Source: an uncultured Anaerolineales bacterium
GTDB lineage: Bacteria > Chloroflexota > Anaerolineae > Anaerolineales > JABWBV01
Direction: 5' to 3'
DNA: 64,000 nucleotides
Assembly (NCBI GenBank): GCA_964489525.1
Contig: CAZAYY010000010.1
Location: forward strand, 68,934-132,933
The position numbers and the translations under genes were made by a program. Below the pieces are notes generated by a model that worked only from the letters and a program-made list of their open reading frames with translations, did no database searches and was not told the origin of the DNA. Positions 37,246 to 48,409 of this stretch are shown here, one piece after another; the stretch's first letter is position 1; every line of letters starts with the position of its first letter.

Positions 37246-37971
37246 ATGCCTCCGATGATCCTGCAAGAACTTGCCCAAGAAGCCGCCGACCTGGCAGGCC
37301 TGGCCCTGAAGCCGGAACAGGTAGATCGGTTGGAAATCTATGCCCGTTTGCTGTTGGATTGGAACCAACGCATCAACCTGACGGCCATTCGCAGCCCTGA
37401 AGAAGTGCGGATAAAGCATTTTTTGGATTCGCTGAGCTGTGTGCTGGCTTTTGGGGGCGCTCCACAAGGCAGCCTGGTGGATGTGGGCACCGGGGCAGGT
37501 TTTCCAGGCCTGGCGCTCAAGATTGTTTTCCCTAAACTGCGCCTGGCGCTGGTGGAATCCGTGGGCAAGAAGCTGGCTTTTTGCGCTGAAGTGGTGAGCG
37601 AGTTGGGTTTGGAGCAGGTCAGCCTGGTGAACGCCCGGGCTGAAGATGCAGGGCGTATGCCCGAACACCGCGAACAGTACGATTGGGTGTTGGCGCGCGC
37701 CGTAGCAGAAATGCCTGTGCTGGCAGAATATCTCCTGCCTTTCGTGCGCGTGGGGGGTTGGATGGTGGCGCAAAAGGGCGAAAGCGGCCCGCAAGAACTG
37801 GCGCGGGCCAAAAGGGCGATTACGCTGCTTGGGGGTCGGGCGGAGCAGAGCATCCCGATCCAGCTGCCTGGAATTGTAGGGGAACGCTGGCTGATTCGGG
37901 TGAAAAAAATTGCGCCGTGCCCGGCGGCTTACCCGCGGCGAGCCGGGTTACCTGCCCAAAAACCACTTTAG
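37246..37971 (+). CDS. rsmG: 16S rRNA (guanine527-N7)-methyltransferase RsmG
   Basis: LLLDWNQRINLTAIRSPEEVRIKHFLDSL, DVGTGAGFPGLALKI. Confidence 0.88.
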   Translation: MPPMILQELAQEAADLAGLALKPEQVDRLEIYARLLLDWNQRINLTAIRSPEEVRIKHFLDSLSCVLAFGGAPQGSLVDVGTGAGFPGLALKIVFPKLRLALVESVGKKLAFCAEVVSELGLEQVSLVNARAEDAGRMPEHREQYDWVLARAVAEMPVLAEYLLPFVRVGGWMVAQKGESGPQELARAKRAITLLGGRAEQSIPIQLPGIVGERWLIRVKKIAPCPAAYPRRAGLPAQKPL

Positions 37972-38090
37972 GTAAACCGCCGAATGTATCGTAAATAACA
38001 TCGCATTGAAAACGGCGGTTTACTCCAGGGTTGCGCCACTTTAAGCATGTTTTTACGAATCAGACTTTTGGCGAAACCCCTGACTTCCCG

Positions 38091-38555
38091 TTAAATATCA
38101 AAATGCTCCGCCTCATGCCAGTGGGCGTTGGCGGCAATGATTAAGTGAACCGGGCGTTCGCCAAACCATTCCTGGGGTAAATCGCCCTGGATGAAGGCCT
38201 CGTCCAGCGCTTCTACCAGCGCTACCAGCGCCTTGAAGGCGGCATCAAACTCTTCCAAAACTTCCGGCAAAGGGCGGTGCTGATTTTCGGCATACACCTG
38301 GGCGTTGAAAACATCCACATCTGCGTCGGTGTGCAGCGGCGGCATATCCGGCGTTTTGCCTGAACGCGCCGCTTCGAGCCGCAGGATGGTAAAGCGCTGC
38401 CAGGCTGCCAGGTGGGCAAGCAAATCTTTAAGGGTCCAACCGTTGTCCAGCTCCGGGTTCAAAAAATCAGCTGGCTGCAGTGCGCTGAGCTGTTCCTTGA
38501 CGGCCTGGCGCGAGGTGCGCATGGCTTCGAGCAGTTCTTTTTTTGTTGGGGCCAT
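38091..38555 (-). CDS. DinB-superfamily four-helix-bundle protein
   Basis: WTLKDLLAHLAAWQ and a C-terminal HWHEAEH. 154 aa. Confidence 0.65.
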   Translation of the reverse strand: MAPTKKELLEAMRTSRQAVKEQLSALQPADFLNPELDNGWTLKDLLAHLAAWQRFTILRLEAARSGKTPDMPPLHTDADVDVFNAQVYAENQHRPLPEVLEEFDAAFKALVALVEALDEAFIQGDLPQEWFGERPVHLIIAANAHWHEAEHFDI

Positions 38556-38566
38556 ATTCCTCCAAA

Positions 38567-40177
<1,611 letters not shown>

Positions 40178-40249
40178 GCCAGGATTTTAACATAGTTATT
40201 GGGCATGCGCCTTCTATTCATAACATCGCGGGGGTATTACCGGATATGT

Positions 40250-40396
40250 CGCTGCGCTGTGACCCGCCCCTACCGGAGGACTATGGACGCCCACGGCATG
40301 CCGTAGGGGCAGGTCGCCATGCGGCGGAGGAGGTTTAGGTAAACCTTGCCCATTGCGGCGAAGGGATTGCCGATCTCACCCGCAGACCTGCCCTTG
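40250..40396 (+). repeat. 147-bp tandem repeat unit 1
   Basis: Only 4 mismatches with 40491-40637 (offset 241 bp). Contains the hairpin CCCCTACCGG...GCCGTAGGGG. Confidence 0.85.
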
Positions 40397-40490
40397 CCCG
40401 TGACCACATTTCCCCACCGGGACGGGCGGGTCTGCGGGTGGGCGGGCGGAGTTTTGACGGATAGGGCTGCCCTGGTTTGGCATTGGCCTC

Positions 40491-40637
40491 CGCTGCGCTG
40501 TGACCCGCCCCTACCGGAGGACTTTGGACGCCCACGGCATGCCGTAGGGGCAGGTCGCCATGCGGCGGAGGGGGTTTAAGTAAACCTTGCCCATTGCGGC
40601 GAAGGGATTGCCGATCTCACCCACAGACCTGCCCTTG
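40491..40637 (+). repeat. 147-bp tandem repeat unit 2
   Basis: See unit 1. A 94-bp unique spacer separates the units. Confidence 0.85.
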
Positions 40638-40780
40638 GTAAAAGGCCCCTCCGGCTGCGCCGGTTGGACGAAAGTTGGGGATTGCGATTTACCAACCAAC
40701 TTTATCAGGTTTTTTGCGTATATACTGAAGGGAGAATCTGTGTTTACAGCAACACTTGCAATCAGTCATTGGAGGAACGG

Positions 40781-41077
40781 ATGAACTGGAAACACTTTTT
40801 TATTCAACTGGCTTTCAACAGCATCATTACCATCGCCCTGGCTTCCCTGGGATTGGGTGTGTTTTTCTTCATCCTGGCCGGGCAGGAAGGATTGGTAAAC
40901 GGGCTGACCTGGGGGCTGATTTTGGGGATCATGAGCATTCCCTTCACGGCCATGGTCATTATGACGAAATACTGGGAAGGTTATTCTACCCGCTATGGCG
41001 CCTGGTGGATTAAAAAAGAAACGGAAGGGGAAAACCCTTCCGTTGATGAGAAAGCAGATAAGTGGCCTCGATCTTAA
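40781..41077 (+). CDS. small membrane protein (98 aa)
   Basis: ATG 40781 preceded by GGAGGA. Three hydrophobic helices. Confidence 0.5.
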   Translation: MNWKHFFIQLAFNSIITIALASLGLGVFFFILAGQEGLVNGLTWGLILGIMSIPFTAMVIMTKYWEGYSTRYGAWWIKKETEGENPSVDEKADKWPRS

Positions 41078-41083
41078 TGCCGG

Positions 41084-44000
41084 TTATTGGGTAAGCAAGG
41101 GGATATAAACCCGGGTTACCGGCACTGTGGTCAGGGCGTAATCGGTGAAGTGGTCAATTTGGATGGTGATGGTATTGGCCTCGGAATCTACCACATAGCT
41201 GGAGGGGAAGGTCCAGCGATTTGTTGTGGTTGAAAAATAAGCCGGTTTCAGCCATAGTTCCGAAATTCCATTGAGCGCCGCCTCATGATATTGGAAAGTG
41301 ATGACCACATCCTGGTTAAAGTTGGCTTCAATGGGCTGGCCGCTGGCATCCGAGGCCAGGAAAGCATAGCCATATTCGAAAACTGTGGCATGCTGCTGCT
41401 GGGGCAGGCCGGCCAGGGGCACAATCCGCAGGGTGACCAGGCCTTCGGCTGGCATTGCACCGGCTGGAATATAGATGGATGTACCATCGGCCAGCAAAAT
41501 GCGCTGCGGTTCGGCGGCGTCGAACGTGACCACACGTGGGGCTGGTTTAAATTGAGGGCCAGACAAAACCAGGTCTACCGGATGAGTGATCCCCGACTGG
41601 GTTTCGACATCGCTGCGGGCGATCCAGTAATACTGGTTGGTTTCAAAGATGGCCCGGACATGCCAGATTGTGCTGCCAGAAACATCCAGGTTGAAGGTTC
41701 CGGCTGCGCTGCCGCCTTCCGGCGCAGGCTCCACCGGGAAAAGGCCCTGTACATACCCACCGTCATCCGACCAGGCGGTTACCCATACCATGCCGCCAGT
41801 TTGGGTAGGTGTAACCAGTAAACTGCCTTCAACAGCGGCATCGGGTAAGCGGAACTGGAGCTGGTGTAACTGGGCAAACTGAGTGGGCAGTGGCGCATAA
41901 ACCTCGATTTCAACCGGGTTCAACCAGGCCGGGTCCCCTCCGGCAGCGCCCAGGCGGTACAGACCATGGGGCACCGGCAAACTGAAGGTACCATCGCTGC
42001 GAGTGCGGGTATGGAACCAGGTTTCTTTCAACGCAGGGTCCACCCCGCGAACCACAACGGCCGCACCCGGAAGGGGGTCGCCATTGGGGTCAAGCACAAC
42101 ACCCTGCAGGCTTGAATCTTTCCTGGCAACCGGCAAATTCACCAGCTGGACTTCGTCATCCTCCACAGCGGTGATCAGCGGCCCCCCCAGGCGGGTATAC
42201 AACCGCTCATCAATGCGATAGTTGAGCAGCCACAACCCCCCAGCAACCTGCAGCCGGTAGGCGCCTGTGGCCGGGTTAATCGGCCCTGCAGCCCAATTTT
42301 CGCCAGACGAAGCGTAAACCACGCCATTGACACCCGTAACTGGCTCGCCTGGCGCTCGAAAATCGCGCAATGCGCCGCTGATCAGGGCAGTTTTAGGCGT
42401 CACCAGCAGGGTAACTGTCGTGGTTTCACCCGCCTGAACCGAAACCTGGCCTTCTTCAGTGGACATATACGGGCTGCCTGCGGGCAAATAGGCGAACACT
42501 GAATACGAACCGCCTGGGACGAAGATATCGAAAACGCCCTCCACAATCGGTGCACCATTGACGATGCCGCCATCGCGCGGGGCATCGGGGGATGACAGGG
42601 CGGAAGCCCAACCGCTCGCCTCACTGGCCGGGCTGCCAGAATCCACATTCACCAAAACGCCATGAATCCGGGCGCTGGCAGTTTGCAGCTCAAAATTGAC
42701 CTCCCCCACAACCTCCCCGGCGGCCAGGGTAACCACTGCACTGTCTCCCTGGTACAGGTATGGTTGAGACGGGGCCGGGGCTGGCAAAACGTGCCACTCA
42801 CCGGCAGAAACCGCCAGGGCAAATTCCCCACCCGCTCCGCTCAGGGTACGCAGCGTTCCGGGAATGCCTGGCCGCCAGGCAGTGAGGGGAACACCCGCCA
42901 GGGGCAAGCCGGCATCGCTGGTCAACGTGCCTGTGATGACCGCGTCGCGGGGCAGCAAGGCGATAGTTCCCAGGTCCAGTTCCTCACCGGGCGCAAGCAG
43001 CACCTCCGGTAAAGCAGGGGGCAGGTACGCATCGGAAAAAATTCGCAAGACAAATTTATACGCTCCGTTAGGAATTTCAATTTCAAACGAGCCGTCGGCA
43101 GGGTCGGCCAAAACCTGGCGGCCCACACCTTCGCCATTGTGCAGCCCAACCGTCACCGTAAAAGGCGGGGTCGAGCCATCGGGCAGCGTAACTGTGCCCT
43201 GCAGGCTGGCATCTGCTACCAGGACGTTGAAATCGAGGGTGGATTGTTCCGGCAAACTGGTGTTCTGGAAATAAACCAGGGTGGGCGGATTGGGATAAAC
43301 CCATTCAACGGGCAGCGTGTCCGAATACGGGCGCACCGTCACTGCCCACAACCCTGGGCCAAGATTCATCAAATATGCCCCATTCACATCGGTCAGGGCG
43401 GTTTGCAGCCCCGGGCGATTCACCTGGCGAGCCACGACCTGGGCATGAAAAACAGGTTGGGTGGGTTCGGTTTGGGCTGTCACCACACCCGACAGGCCTT
43501 TGGCCGGAGCCAGGAATTTGAGCACATAGGGCGAATCCGAATTGGGCAGCGCAATAGTTTGAGGATCAGGCGCTACCAACCCACTGTTTACATCCGGGGG
43601 CAAAATCGTCACCTGGTAATCCCCGGCAGGCAAGCCGCCAACAGCCCAATTTCCCCCCAGGCCCGTTATCACCGACTGCATCTGGCCGGCGGCATTGGCA
43701 AACACCACCCTGGCGCCGGGCACAGGCAGGTTGAAGCTGCTGAGCACTACACCCCAGGCATCTGCCGGGCGCAGCGCCAGGTCAATCACCTGGGGCACAG
43801 CAGGGCTGGTTTCGGTGATGGTAATCACCGTGGGAAGTGAGCGCCAGAAGGGCTCCACGCCAATCGGGGCGGCTTGCAGCCGGTAGCTGCCAACAGGAAG
43901 CCCCCCAACGGCAAATTGCCCCTTCAAGGCCGTGATTTTCTGGAAAATTTGCCCGTCCGGAAGCCAGACGCCCACCTCTGCCAGGGTTGGGTTGACTTCC

Positions 44001-44425
44001 GGGTCTTCTACGGTGCCAGTGACCTGGGGCATGGTCAGGTTCAGGCTGCCCGCATCGGCAGCACTGTTCGCCACCAACACCTGCACAGGCAGCGATTGGG
44101 TCAGGCCGCTGGCTTCAGGCGGCACTGCTTTCACCACATACAGCCCATTGGCCACCGGGCCAAGGCTGAAAGCGCCCGTGTTCAGGTCGGGAAAAGCCAG
44201 GCCGCGCACCTCGGTAACCGTCGGGTCAAACAACCGGACGACTGTCCCCACAGGCAGGGGGTAGCCATCCGGAGCATCCACCACGCCTAATACCTGCCCG
44301 CCGTTTAAAGCGCTGGTTTCGGCAGCAGCGGTATCTACAAAACTTTGCCCCAACAGCAAAAGAGCAGACCCACCAAAAAGCAGCAACAAAGGAAATATAA
44401 AGGCCAGCAACTTGAATGTTTTCAT
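41084..44425 (-). CDS. large secreted protein built of repeated beta-sandwich (carboxypeptidase-regulatory/Ig-like) domains
   Basis: Start at ATG 44425 (MKTFKLLAFIFPLLLLFGGSALLLLG signal, GGAGGA RBS). Recurrent G.Y.L/V...P.G motifs typical of CarboxypepD_reg-like repeats. Confidence 0.65.
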   Translation of the reverse strand: MKTFKLLAFIFPLLLLFGGSALLLLGQSFVDTAAAETSALNGGQVLGVVDAPDGYPLPVGTVVRLFDPTVTEVRGLAFPDLNTGAFSLGPVANGLYVVKAVPPEASGLTQSLPVQVLVANSAADAGSLNLTMPQVTGTVEDPEVNPTLAEVGVWLPDGQIFQKITALKGQFAVGGLPVGSYRLQAAPIGVEPFWRSLPTVITITETSPAVPQVIDLALRPADAWGVVLSSFNLPVPGARVVFANAAGQMQSVITGLGGNWAVGGLPAGDYQVTILPPDVNSGLVAPDPQTIALPNSDSPYVLKFLAPAKGLSGVVTAQTEPTQPVFHAQVVARQVNRPGLQTALTDVNGAYLMNLGPGLWAVTVRPYSDTLPVEWVYPNPPTLVYFQNTSLPEQSTLDFNVLVADASLQGTVTLPDGSTPPFTVTVGLHNGEGVGRQVLADPADGSFEIEIPNGAYKFVLRIFSDAYLPPALPEVLLAPGEELDLGTIALLPRDAVITGTLTSDAGLPLAGVPLTAWRPGIPGTLRTLSGAGGEFALAVSAGEWHVLPAPAPSQPYLYQGDSAVVTLAAGEVVGEVNFELQTASARIHGVLVNVDSGSPASEASGWASALSSPDAPRDGGIVNGAPIVEGVFDIFVPGGSYSVFAYLPAGSPYMSTEEGQVSVQAGETTTVTLLVTPKTALISGALRDFRAPGEPVTGVNGVVYASSGENWAAGPINPATGAYRLQVAGGLWLLNYRIDERLYTRLGGPLITAVEDDEVQLVNLPVARKDSSLQGVVLDPNGDPLPGAAVVVRGVDPALKETWFHTRTRSDGTFSLPVPHGLYRLGAAGGDPAWLNPVEIEVYAPLPTQFAQLHQLQFRLPDAAVEGSLLVTPTQTGGMVWVTAWSDDGGYVQGLFPVEPAPEGGSAAGTFNLDVSGSTIWHVRAIFETNQYYWIARSDVETQSGITHPVDLVLSGPQFKPAPRVVTFDAAEPQRILLADGTSIYIPAGAMPAEGLVTLRIVPLAGLPQQQHATVFEYGYAFLASDASGQPIEANFNQDVVITFQYHEAALNGISELWLKPAYFSTTTNRWTFPSSYVVDSEANTITIQIDHFTDYALTTVPVTRVYIPLLTQ

Positions 44426-44599
44426 ATGAAAATCCTCCAAAAAAGGGGGTGGGCTGGCTGGAGGAGCGATCCATGCCAGCCCACCTGGCAAACTTGCGTG
44501 TTCAACAACCATTTGCAGTTTAATCGCCAGGTGTCAACACCATGTTGCGGGTGTGTAAAAATTCGGTAAATTATTCGCAGCCGCTCCAAATAATAAGTT

Positions 44600-45985
44600 T
44601 TATCGCCAGGCTGACGCCTCCAGGGTCTGGCGGGAAAGCCGGGCTTCCTCGGCGGCAAACGCCAACAGGTGGCTTTCCAAAGCCTGCTCAGCAGTCGTCA
44701 GGGGATGGGTGGAAGGATCGGCCAGGCTGCGCAAAAAAGCCGCCAGCAGGCCATGGTCGCCGCCCCCATGACCGGAACGAACCTGGGCGGCTGTGTCGTA
44801 ATGGATCGTGCGCCCGCTGCGGTGTTCATAAACCTTAATCCACGAGCCGCCAGTGCCAAAAAAGGCCTGCAGTTCGGCGCGGGCACCTTGAATGCGCGTA
44901 CTGCGGCCTTCCAAATGGGCATGCCCGTGCATGGTCAGGGTGACACTCAACTGGCCCTCAAACTCCATGGAGACCACCTGGTGGTCTACCACATCGTTGT
45001 CACAGTGATAGACACAGCGCCCATACGGCCCGGTGCGCAGGGCTTCGGTTAAGTTTTCGGGCGTGGGGTCCAGCGCCACCACGGAGCGCGGCCAGCCTTT
45101 GTATTCCGAAAGCAGTCGAAAAGCAGGAACCACCCGCCCCAGGGTTTTCGAAAGGGCAGGGGAGGCCATGTGCAGCCGGACCGCCCACTTTTGCAGCCCT
45201 TTGCGCCCCAGGGCCACCCCACGCCAGAGCGGGCGCATGGCAATATAAATATCAGGTGCATAATACGGGCAGGTATCTTGCGCCGGGCAGCCATCCAGGC
45301 AGCGCAGCGGGGCGCCAGGCGGGGCGTTTTCCGGGCGATAGTGCAGCAATGCCCCCACGCTGCTCAGACGGGTGCAGCGCCGGTCTAACAGCCAGGGGAG
45401 CAGGTCCAGGTCGTGGCAGCACTTGGCCAGGATCATCGGGCTGCTTTCGGCACTGCTGCGCCAGCTGCCGCGCACAAAACTGTGGGCCATGTGATAAAAA
45501 GACACGTTCTCGCGGTGGTCCACCTGGGTTACCTGCCCGAGAATGCCGGCCTGGATGATTTCGCGCATCGTCTGAAAATGGCTGGTATAGCGCAGCACAT
45601 GGCAGATATGCAGCTGGCGTTGGGCGTTGCGGCTGGCCTGGACCAGCGCCTGGCAGTCGGTGGCGCTGGTGGCCATGGGCTTTTCCAACAAAACATGGTA
45701 CCCGGCCCGCAAAGCCGCCAGGGCTGGCGCGGTGTGCTGCCAGTCCTGGGTGCACACCAGGGCAGCCTGGCCGAGTTGGGGCCGATCCAGCAGGGGTTCC
45801 CAGCTTTCATACTGGTTTTCGGGTGCAACCTGGTGCATGGCGGCAAAGCGCGCCCGGCGAGCCGGGTCGGGTTCGGCAACCGCCACAAATCGCAGCTGGT
45901 CTGGGTGCTGCAGGGCATACGGGCCGTAGGCTTCAGTGCCCCGCTGCCCGGCGCCAATGAGGATGGCATGGATTGGTTCATTCAT
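44600..45985 (-). CDS. Gfo/Idh/MocA family oxidoreductase
   Basis: N-terminal Rossmann ILIGAGQRGTEAYGPYA...FVAVAEPD and EKPMAT. Confidence 0.85.
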   Translation of the reverse strand: MNEPIHAILIGAGQRGTEAYGPYALQHPDQLRFVAVAEPDPARRARFAAMHQVAPENQYESWEPLLDRPQLGQAALVCTQDWQHTAPALAALRAGYHVLLEKPMATSATDCQALVQASRNAQRQLHICHVLRYTSHFQTMREIIQAGILGQVTQVDHRENVSFYHMAHSFVRGSWRSSAESSPMILAKCCHDLDLLPWLLDRRCTRLSSVGALLHYRPENAPPGAPLRCLDGCPAQDTCPYYAPDIYIAMRPLWRGVALGRKGLQKWAVRLHMASPALSKTLGRVVPAFRLLSEYKGWPRSVVALDPTPENLTEALRTGPYGRCVYHCDNDVVDHQVVSMEFEGQLSVTLTMHGHAHLEGRSTRIQGARAELQAFFGTGGSWIKVYEHRSGRTIHYDTAAQVRSGHGGGDHGLLAAFLRSLADPSTHPLTTAEQALESHLLAFAAEEARLSRQTLEASAWR

Positions 45986-46284
45986 AGGGTGAAAACCCTC
46001 CCTGGAGCCTGGAAAAACGCAGTGCTGGCTCTTTTTTTATCATACATCAGAGTACAACCTTTCGTCAATTGGCTTGCTCGTTGGGATCGGGGAGGGTTGA
46101 GCTTACCGCCCCGTGTCGTTTCGACCCGTCACTGACGGTGAGCACAGCGACGGAGAAATCCTTCACCCCCTGGGGGTTGGTCGGAACAAGAAGGGGCTTT
46201 CGGAATGGGGTTGGTAAAAGGTAAATACGGTACAATTAAAAATAACCGGATTAAGTCTCTGTTTTTTTCTTTACATGAGGATAT

Positions 46285-47280
46285 TTGCCCATGCTCACCC
46301 CGCCCGAACTTACCCTGAAAGATTTCGAAACCCTGACCCAAAACATGCTCACCGAGCTGCATAAAGTGATTGTTGGACAGGAAGGGTTGATTCACGATTT
46401 GCTCGTCACCCTGCTGGCTGGCGGCAACGCGCTGTTGGAAGGCGTGCCCGGGCTGGGCAAAACCATGCTCATCCGCACCCTGGCGGAAATTTTGGACAGT
46501 TCATTCAGCCGAATTCAATTCACCCCGGATTTGATGCCAGCCGATATCGTAGGCACGATGATCATCACCGAAAGCGGCGGCGGCCAGCGCGGCTTTCGCT
46601 TTGAAAAAGGGCCGGTGTTTGCTAACCTTGTCCTGGCGGATGAAATTAACCGGGCCACGCCGCGCACCCAATCGGCGCTGTTGGAAGCCATGCAGGAACA
46701 AAGGGTGACCATTGCCGGGCAAACCCACACGCTGCCCCGCCCGTTTTTCGTTTTGGCAACCCAAAACCCGCTGGAAATGGAAGGTACCTACCCGCTGTCA
46801 GAAGCCCAGCTGGACCGGTTTTTATATAAAATTGACGTCCATTACCCCAGCGAGGAAGAGCTGGTGCAAATTGCCCGGTTAACTACAGGCGCTGAGACGC
46901 CGCACGGCGAGAAAGTGGCCGACAGCGCCACGTTGGTTGCCATGCAAAACCTGGTCCGAACCGTGCCCGTTGCAGATAATGTGCTGCGCTACGCCGCCCG
47001 GCTGGTGGGGGCCACCCGGCCCGAAAACCCGGCCTCGCCCGACAGCGTGCGGCGCAGCTTGCGCGTTGGGGCCAGCCCGCGCGGTGTCCAGGCGCTGGTG
47101 TGGGCTGCCAAAGCCGAAGCCTTGTTAAGCAAACGCAAAGCCATATCGATTGAAGATATCCAGAAAGTAGCCTACCCTGCCCTGCGCCACCGGCTGTTTT
47201 TAAACTTTGAAGCCCAGGCCGGCGGCATCCGCCCGGATAACATCCTCTCCGATGTGCTGGCGGCGGTTCGGGTTCCTTGA
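46285..47280 (+). CDS. MoxR-family AAA+ ATPase
   Basis: LLEGVPGLGKT, RIQFTPDLMPADIVG, LADEINRATPRTQSALLEAMQE, LATQNPLEMEGTYPLSEAQLDRF. Confidence 0.9.
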   Translation: MPMLTPPELTLKDFETLTQNMLTELHKVIVGQEGLIHDLLVTLLAGGNALLEGVPGLGKTMLIRTLAEILDSSFSRIQFTPDLMPADIVGTMIITESGGGQRGFRFEKGPVFANLVLADEINRATPRTQSALLEAMQEQRVTIAGQTHTLPRPFFVLATQNPLEMEGTYPLSEAQLDRFLYKIDVHYPSEEELVQIARLTTGAETPHGEKVADSATLVAMQNLVRTVPVADNVLRYAARLVGATRPENPASPDSVRRSLRVGASPRGVQALVWAAKAEALLSKRKAISIEDIQKVAYPALRHRLFLNFEAQAGGIRPDNILSDVLAAVRVP

Positions 47281-47302
47281 TGGGGCTGAAAAAAGGGAAA
47301 AT

Positions 47303-48271
47303 ATGAATACAACCCAAACCCTCAGGTATTGTTCTCACACCAGCCTTTCCGCTGGCGAGGCGCTGACAGGCACCGCCACCCGGGTGGACTACTGGTTTCT
47401 GCTGGAATACCCGTCCGTATTCGGGCGCAAAGCCTATGAAGAAAGCGGCATCCCGGCAGAGGTTAAGCGCCACCTGGACAGCGCCCTGGCGGCCATTCCC
47501 AACAGCCGGCTGCAGTTAATTAAACGTGGAAGCTTACCGGCTGGGGCAGGTATCCGCTTTTTTTGGGTGGTTAACCACGAGGAGCAGCCCAACCTCTACC
47601 AGATGACGCTGGGAGATTATTCCGATTTACTCCAGCTGGATTTAATCGCCCTGGTCAAAGAGCCCCGCGAAAGCTGGCAGTACGACCGCAGCGAGCCGCT
47701 TTTCCTGGTCTGCACCCACGGGAAACGCGATGCCTGCTGTGCGCTGCATGGTCTCGCTCTGTACCAGGCCCTGCAAAAACGCTACGGCGCCAACGATTGG
47801 GTCTGGGAGAGCGACCACGTGGGCGGCCACCGCTTTGCAGCCAACCTGGTTTGCCTGCCGCATGGCATTTCTTATGGGCGGGTTGCGCCCGACCAGGCCC
47901 TGGGGTTGGTGGATGCATATTTGAAAAGAGAGGTTCACCTGGAAAACTATCGCGGCCGCTCGTGCTATGCCCGTCACGCACAGGCTGCCGAAAGCCTGCT
48001 GCGCCAGCAAACGGACAAAATCGGGTTGGACGAATATAAATTGGTGGAAATTCACCCCCAACCAGCCCCTGCAGGGGGGACAGGCACCCATTGGATATTC
48101 CAGTTTGTAGAGCGCAATGGCGGCGCCCGGCACTGCCTGCATGTGGAACAAGCCAAAGGCCAGGCGCAGGTTCTTGAAAGCTGCGGCGATGAGAAAACTG
48201 CCACCATTACCGAGTATCACCTGTTGGAATACGAAAGCCACCCGCCTGTGGGACACCCAGGCGCGGGTTAA
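47303..48271 (+). CDS. sucrase/ferredoxin-like (thioredoxin-like [2Fe-2S]) family protein
   Basis: Start at ATG 47303. VCTHGKRDACCALHG motif. Confidence 0.65.
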   Translation: MNTTQTLRYCSHTSLSAGEALTGTATRVDYWFLLEYPSVFGRKAYEESGIPAEVKRHLDSALAAIPNSRLQLIKRGSLPAGAGIRFFWVVNHEEQPNLYQMTLGDYSDLLQLDLIALVKEPRESWQYDRSEPLFLVCTHGKRDACCALHGLALYQALQKRYGANDWVWESDHVGGHRFAANLVCLPHGISYGRVAPDQALGLVDAYLKREVHLENYRGRSCYARHAQAAESLLRQQTDKIGLDEYKLVEIHPQPAPAGGTGTHWIFQFVERNGGARHCLHVEQAKGQAQVLESCGDEKTATITEYHLLEYESHPPVGHPGAG

Positions 48272-48307
48272 TTAACGCCCCAAAGCCTGGGTTAGGCTGA
48301 GCAGTCA

Positions 48308-48345
48308 CAAAAAACCACCCCACTGAACAGCGGGGTGGTTTTTTT
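48308..48345. terminator. bidirectional intrinsic terminator between convergent genes
   Basis: A-run, stem CCACCCC / GGGGTGG with a 10-nt loop, then a T-run (AAAAAACCACCCC...GGGGTGGTTTTTTT). Confidence 0.6.
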
Positions 48346-48409
48346 GATTTGGTTATGTGCAGGTTTCAACCCGGTTGACGGGTTGTCGCCTGTTTTGGGT
48401 TGCTGAAAC

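Noticed and set aside
37972-38023. Long inverted repeat GTAAACCGCCG...CGGCGGTTTAC between rsmG and the DinB-like gene as a terminator
   Set aside because: The arms are 11 bp but the loop is 30 nt and no T-run follows. It is too uncertain to list as a feature.
40250-40637. Possible CRISPR array
   Set aside because: There are only two repeat units, each 147 bp long with a 94-bp spacer. No cas genes are present. Unit length and number do not fit CRISPR.
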